From IMG/VR virus record IMGVR_UViG_3300031902_000012, positions 1-51,826 of that record: 51,826 nt of DNA; one strand, written 5' to 3'. The translations under genes and the position numbers were made by a program. The notes beneath the pieces were generated by a model, which did no database searches, was not told the origin of the DNA, and was given only the letters and a program-made list of their open reading frames with translations. This DNA comes from a virus (Duplodnaviria; Caudoviricetes). This document shows positions 47,612-51,826 of this stretch, piece after piece (position 1 is the first letter of the stretch; the number at the start of each line of letters is the position of its first letter).

Positions 47612-47937
47612 TTCTTCTGCCCCAAAATTCCGTTGATACCTGTATATAGCATCCCGACTGCGAAGACGCCTGCGGCCCACGGTTCGTGCATGCACAACGT
47701 AACTTGTGCAAAGAAACCAAGTATCGCCACTAAAATTTTTGTCATGGCAAAGCGCTCCATACTGCGATCCAGAGGGCGACGAGGCTCAAGAGCCCCGCCA
47801 GTTCGATGACCACGTCTGCGCGAGTCACTTGTTCTGCTCCTTCAAGAAAGCCTCGACTCGGCGCTTCCACTCCAGGCGCTGCATCGGGGTCATGTTCTTG
47901 AGACCTTCGCGCAAAAGCTGTTCCATGATGTCCTCCC

Positions 47938-48138
47938 TTACTCGGCGCAATTGAAGTGCATGGCGTTCTGAAACCGGGTTTCAACAGCCGGCCGCGCCAG
48001 GATCGCGATGCCGCGCAGGCAGTCCGCGAAAATGGCGCGGTAGGAGCGATGCGAAGACGGGTGCTTAATAGCGATCTGCTCGGCGACGACTTTGCGGGCT
48101 GCAGCGTGGGCGGCTTTGAAGGTTTCGGACTTGGTCAT
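47938..48138 (-). CDS. Small hypothetical protein
   Basis: Shared leader CGCTGGAGAGCACC and promoter TTGCTA-N17-TACATA. Contains FKAAHAAAR. Confidence 0.7.
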   Translation of the reverse strand: MTKSETFKAAHAAARKVVAEQIAIKHPSSHRSYRAIFADCLRGIAILARPAVETRFQNAMHFNCAE

Positions 48139-48203
48139 GGTGCTCTCCAGCGGTTGATGACCTTATGTACGCGCGCTCGCGTACTGTAGCAAGTCACGAA
48201 ATG

Positions 48204-48521
48204 TTACAGCGACAGCCCCAAATTTGCAGCGACGTCCCAAGTACGCGCCACAAGCTCGCCAACCGTCATCACCTCGGCGCCCGGCTGCGGCATGCCCAGG
48301 TCCTGGTACTCGATTTCGGTGCCGTCGGCGAACCTGCAGACGCCTGCCGGGATGATCTGGCCCCGCGGCGTGTTGACCACGACGCGCAGCTCCGGCCGAT
48401 CGCAGCGCACGAGCACGGCGGTGTGCGAGACCATGAATCGAACATCTGCCTGGATCAGCGCGACCGTCTCGGCGACGGGTACTGGGTCCCACGGCATACG
48501 CGGTATGAGGTCGTCAGCCAT
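48204..48521 (-). CDS. Hypothetical protein
   Basis: ORF beginning MADDLIPRMPWD. Confidence 0.55.
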   Translation of the reverse strand: MADDLIPRMPWDPVPVAETVALIQADVRFMVSHTAVLVRCDRPELRVVVNTPRGQIIPAGVCRFADGTEIEYQDLGMPQPGAEVMTVGELVARTWDVAANLGLSL

Positions 48522-48708
48522 GTTCGACGGTCGCTCGGAGCCCGTAATAGCCCGACACCGGGTCCGTCCACGTTTCGATCCGAGAGGTTTCCGGGTCAAA
48601 ACTTTCGAGCATGCCGCGGTCTATCATTACGCGACCGCCTACAGATTGCAGCACAGCCCAAAGCGTGCGCCGCCACTGTTCTTCCGTCATCGGCATGAGC
48701 GGGTTCAT
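48514..48708 (-). CDS. Hypothetical protein
   Basis: 64-aa ORF in the early operon. Confidence 0.55.
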   Translation of the reverse strand: MNPLMPMTEEQWRRTLWAVLQSVGGRVMIDRGMLESFDPETSRIETWTDPVSGYYGLRATVEHG

Positions 48709-48978
48709 CGCAGCGCCACCACGACAAAATTGACGAACGCAGCGGCCGACAGCGCTATCATGACGCCAATTGCGATCCAGTCTCGGGTGTCTTCGTATCC
48801 CACGGCATTTGTTCCTTTTTCGGTTGTTCCCAGGGCATCGCTTGCGGCTGGTGCGTCGCGCCTAGGCGGCAGCGGCCGAGCCCGTCATCTTCAGGTCGGC
48901 CGCAGTCGCAGGTCATAGTTCGCGGACCTGATCAAAGATGGCAGCCGGATGTAGATCCATGTACGCGTCGTGCTCTCG

Positions 48979-51027
48979 TCATTGCCATGGCATCTTCCCC
49001 TCGTTCATGTTCCAAGGTGCTGTCACGACCAGCGCGATTGCGCCAGTCGGCGCGTATACTGCCAAAAACGGGCACGACGCCATTGTACGGAAGTGCCCGC
49101 TATTTAGCAAGGTCTGAACCTGATCTTTGGTGAACATTTTTGCAGCACCGGCGCGACTGACGACAAATGCGGGCGCCTCGCCGCGGATCTGGTGGCCGAG
49201 CTCGCTGGCGACCGTCTCGAATTTGACCATGTAGCCTGCGCGAATCGCATCCATGCCTTCCGCGACGGCGCCCGGCAGCAGTGCGGCCAGCTTCATTGCG
49301 GCGCTTTGCTCCTCTTCGGCTTCGCTGACAAATGCCTCGCGCTTGAACACGTTGACGGTCGTGATGCGGCCCTTGCTATCCTGGCCGTAGTTTTCGCTGA
49401 CAACCTTGCCAACAACGCTCTTGGCTTTCGGGGCGCCGCGCGCTTTGCCACAGTCTATCGAGACCTGGTCTCGGGCGCCAGCGGTGACGCGGTACATGAA
49501 TCCTGCGTTGCCGGACTTCGCGCCGTTGCCTTTCTGCCAGGCGTCCTCGTTGCCGAGCGGCAGATGATCTGTGACGATCAACGCAGCTGCGGTGCGGCGT
49601 GCGACATTTTTGAGGATGAACATGGCCTTGAGCACAGCCTCGGTGTCATTGTCGGCGAAGCACAGCCCTGAAGCGCCCCATGTGTCGAGCACGATGATAT
49701 CGACGCGCTTGCCCATCGCGGCCATGGCCTGGACTTGGCCGCAGCATTGCAGATCGAACGCAGCGGGGTCCATCACGCCGCGGATCAGGTGGAACCGGTT
49801 GGCGAGATCCTGGCCGTTTGGCTCCTGTCGAAGCAGGTGCCTTACGCGTCGTTCTGTGCCGTAATCATCCTCGGCGGCCACCCATAGGACATGACCGTCG
49901 GGACGTTCAATATCGGCATCAAGCCAGTTTCGCCCAGTGAGGAAACTGATTGCTGCGTCCGTCGCAACAGTTGATTTACCTGCGCCACTGTGTCCTGTGA
50001 GGAAGTGCACCTCGCTCGCAAGAAATCGCTGATGAATGATCCATGGTAGCTCGGCATTGTCATCCTCCAATGAGATTTCAAAACCGGAACGCTGCACCTT
50101 GACGGGCAGATTGCGCGCGTCCTCTATGCCTTGCAGCATCTGGCGCCGACTGACGATCGCTTGCATGATCAGGTTGCCGCGCAAGACTGGCAAGTGATTG
50201 TGGCGTTCGATCTCCTCGCGCAGCGTGCGGCCGCCCAGGCCCTCGTCGAGATGGTGGCCCGCGTCCTCGATCGCTTTCTCGATCTCCCCGCGCGTCACGA
50301 TGCCGTTGAGCTCGGCGAACTTCAGGACGCCTACCAGGCTGAAGATGGTCGAGCCGCGGCCCTCGGTCTTGCCGCGCAGCTCGTTGGTCAGCGTGCCCAG
50401 GTATTTTAGCGACGCGTCTCGTCCGGCTTGCCATTCGTCCTGGGTTCTTGGAGCCGCTTCTTCAAGCTCTCCCACGCTTGCTGTTTCGTGGTCGGCGGAG
50501 AAACGAAGACTGGTCCCCGCCCGTGCAGGTACCTCCGCCAAAACAGATTGAAGTTGAGCGGTCGTAAGACGTGGCCACTCTGCATCCCAGTTCTCCCATT
50601 CGTACGGCTGGTTGGTGTCCTTATGCGGACCGAAGGCGACGAACTGGCCGCCCATCAATTGGAGTTTGTCGCCGTTCGGGAACGAGTAGGTGCGGCCTTT
50701 TACCGGCTCGTCGACGAGGAAGAACGGAACCAAGAAACGAGGTTTCCGCCCCCATCGTACGGGGATACGATCGCCCATGACCGATTTAAACGCAGCGAGT
50801 AGACGCCCGGCCGTATCAGGGTCTCCAACGTCACAGTCAAATCCACTGAGACCTCCATCCCCGCAGCGAAGCCCGATGGCATTGCTGTTCGGGTAGCGTA
50901 TGGGGCTTGTCCAAGCATTCCAGCCACTCCCTATGGGGCTCTTGGAGCCCCGAGAAATCGACAGCGGAAACATCCCGCGCGCCAGGACTTGCGACCAGAA
51001 CTCGTCAGTGCTATTTGGGAAGGGCAT
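48979..51027 (-). CDS. Primase-helicase (Prim-Pol N-terminus plus AAA_25/RepA-like helicase)
   Basis: IGLRCG...FDCDV; Walker A GHSGAGKS; WVAAED; IVLDT; DH. Confidence 0.85.
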   Translation of the reverse strand: MPFPNSTDEFWSQVLARGMFPLSISRGSKSPIGSGWNAWTSPIRYPNSNAIGLRCGDGGLSGFDCDVGDPDTAGRLLAAFKSVMGDRIPVRWGRKPRFLVPFFLVDEPVKGRTYSFPNGDKLQLMGGQFVAFGPHKDTNQPYEWENWDAEWPRLTTAQLQSVLAEVPARAGTSLRFSADHETASVGELEEAAPRTQDEWQAGRDASLKYLGTLTNELRGKTEGRGSTIFSLVGVLKFAELNGIVTRGEIEKAIEDAGHHLDEGLGGRTLREEIERHNHLPVLRGNLIMQAIVSRRQMLQGIEDARNLPVKVQRSGFEISLEDDNAELPWIIHQRFLASEVHFLTGHSGAGKSTVATDAAISFLTGRNWLDADIERPDGHVLWVAAEDDYGTERRVRHLLRQEPNGQDLANRFHLIRGVMDPAAFDLQCCGQVQAMAAMGKRVDIIVLDTWGASGLCFADNDTEAVLKAMFILKNVARRTAAALIVTDHLPLGNEDAWQKGNGAKSGNAGFMYRVTAGARDQVSIDCGKARGAPKAKSVVGKVVSENYGQDSKGRITTVNVFKREAFVSEAEEEQSAAMKLAALLPGAVAEGMDAIRAGYMVKFETVASELGHQIRGEAPAFVVSRAGAAKMFTKDQVQTLLNSGHFRTMASCPFLAVYAPTGAIALVVTAPWNMNEGKMPWQ

Positions 51028-51065
51028 TCACGACCTGACCGTGTGTGCGAGTGTGACCGGCGCGG

Positions 51066-51106
51066 ACCCCGATGCAGTTTCAGCCCTGCATCGGGGTTTC
51101 GTTTTT
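51066..51106 (+). terminator. Strong hairpin with a plus-strand T tract
   Basis: ACCCCGATGCAG-N8-CTGCATCGGGGT followed by TTCGTTTTT. Confidence 0.6.
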
Positions 51107-51166
51107 AGCGCCTCGACGCGTCAGCGTGCAATAGCTAGGGCTTGTGTTGCGGATCGGTACAAAATA

Positions 51167-51274
51167 CTAAAGTGCCTTGCGGAAGTACCGCAGCAGCTGT
51201 GTGCGCACCGGCACGACGTAGAACTGCTCGGCGTAGGGGTTGAGACGGGCGAGGATCCTGCTTGCTTCGGTCAT
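51167..51274 (-). CDS. 35-aa peptide
   Basis: Preceded by the shared leader/RBS. MTEASRILARLNPYAEQFYVVPVRTQLLRYFRKAL. Confidence 0.55.
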   Translation of the reverse strand: MTEASRILARLNPYAEQFYVVPVRTQLLRYFRKAL

Positions 51275-51313
51275 TTGGTGCTCTCCAGCGTTTGTGTGAT
51301 TTCCTTGTACGTA

Positions 51314-51354
51314 CTCATTCCGTACAAATCCAATCACGAAATGTTTCAGTAGAC
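51314..51354. repeat. 41-bp direct repeat, copy 2
   Basis: 40/41 identical to 64-104. Confidence 0.95.
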
Positions 51355-51826
51355 CCACGTATTGCCGTACACCCACGCATCGCCGGACACCCACGCATTG
51401 CCGGACACCCGCGCATTGTCGGACACCCACGCACTGCCGGACACCTGCGCATTGCCGGACACCCGCGCATCGCCGTACACCCACGCATCGCCGTACACCC
51501 GCGCATTGTCGGACACCCACGCACTGCCGGACACCTGCGCATTGCCGGACACCCGCGCATCGCCGTACACCCACGCATCGCCGTACACCCGCGCATTGTC
51601 GGACACCCACGCACTGCCGGACACCTGCGCATTGCCGGACACCCGCGCATCGCCGTACACCCACGCATCGCCGTACACCTGCGCATCGCCGTACATCTGC
51701 GCATTGCCGGACACCTGCGCATTGTCGGACACCCACGCATTGTCGGACACCTGCGCACTGTCGGACACCCACGCATTGCCGTACACCCACGCATCGCCGT
51801 ACACCCGCGCATTGTCGGACACCCGC
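51346..51826 (-). CDS. C-terminal part of a hexapeptide-repeat (left-handed beta-helix-like) protein; 18-bp tandem array
   Basis: V[YS][GD][DNS]A[RWQ] units, with a 90-bp higher-order repeat. Open to the window end. Confidence 0.85.
   Translation of the reverse strand, partial: RVSDNARVYGDAWVYGNAWVSDSAQVSDNAWVSDNAQVSGNAQMYGDAQVYGDAWVYGDARVSGNAQVSGSAWVSDNARVYGDAWVYGDARVSGNAQVSGSAWVSDNARVYGDAWVYGDARVSGNAQVSGSAWVSDNARVSGNAWVSGDAWVYGNTWVY

Noticed and set aside
51167-51812. Cys/Arg-rich alternative-frame repeat ORFs
   Set aside because: Frame artefacts of the 18-bp repeat. The V-x-G-x-A frame matches a known protein type.
51346-51826. CRISPR array
   Set aside because: The units are contiguous 18-mers with no unique spacers and encode a hexapeptide repeat. 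There are no cas genes; DUF2800 is a routine phage nuclease.
1-51826. Integrase/lysogeny module, tRNAs and a base-modification (Z or 7-deazaguanine) pathway
   Set aside because: No recombinase, cloverleaf, purZ or que-type genes were recognised.

Overview
Near-complete genome of a GC-rich, tailed dsDNA phage with a P22-like short-tail gene set. An alphaproteobacterial (rhizobial) host is an inference. No integrase, tRNA or CRISPR array was seen. The contig appears to break inside an 18-bp tandem-repeat gene: its N-terminus is at 53..1 and its C-terminus at 51826..51346, both on the minus strand. A minus-strand early/replication arm runs 1065->1 and 51826->37119. It encodes a primase-helicase, an SF2 helicase, a DUF2800 nuclease, an SSB, a family A DNA polymerase, an SNF2-like helicase plus DNA methyltransferase, and a GNAT. 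A mostly plus-strand virion/lysis arm (2204-37118) is heavily scrambled: the portal module is inverted relative to the terminase and capsid genes, and it is interrupted by small antisense cassettes. The most striking feature is five fibre/spike-like proteins with classical Sec signal peptides and many cysteines, interleaved with Cys-poor, signal-less paralogous adaptor-like proteins. This suggests virion appendages that are exported, folded in the periplasm and docked later. Also notable are 41-43 bp direct and inverted repeats around an AT-rich palindromic region, a stand-alone DUF2800 C-terminal paralogue, two recurring promoter motifs and a divergent PolA motif C. All protein calls come from motif recognition by eye, not from database searches.
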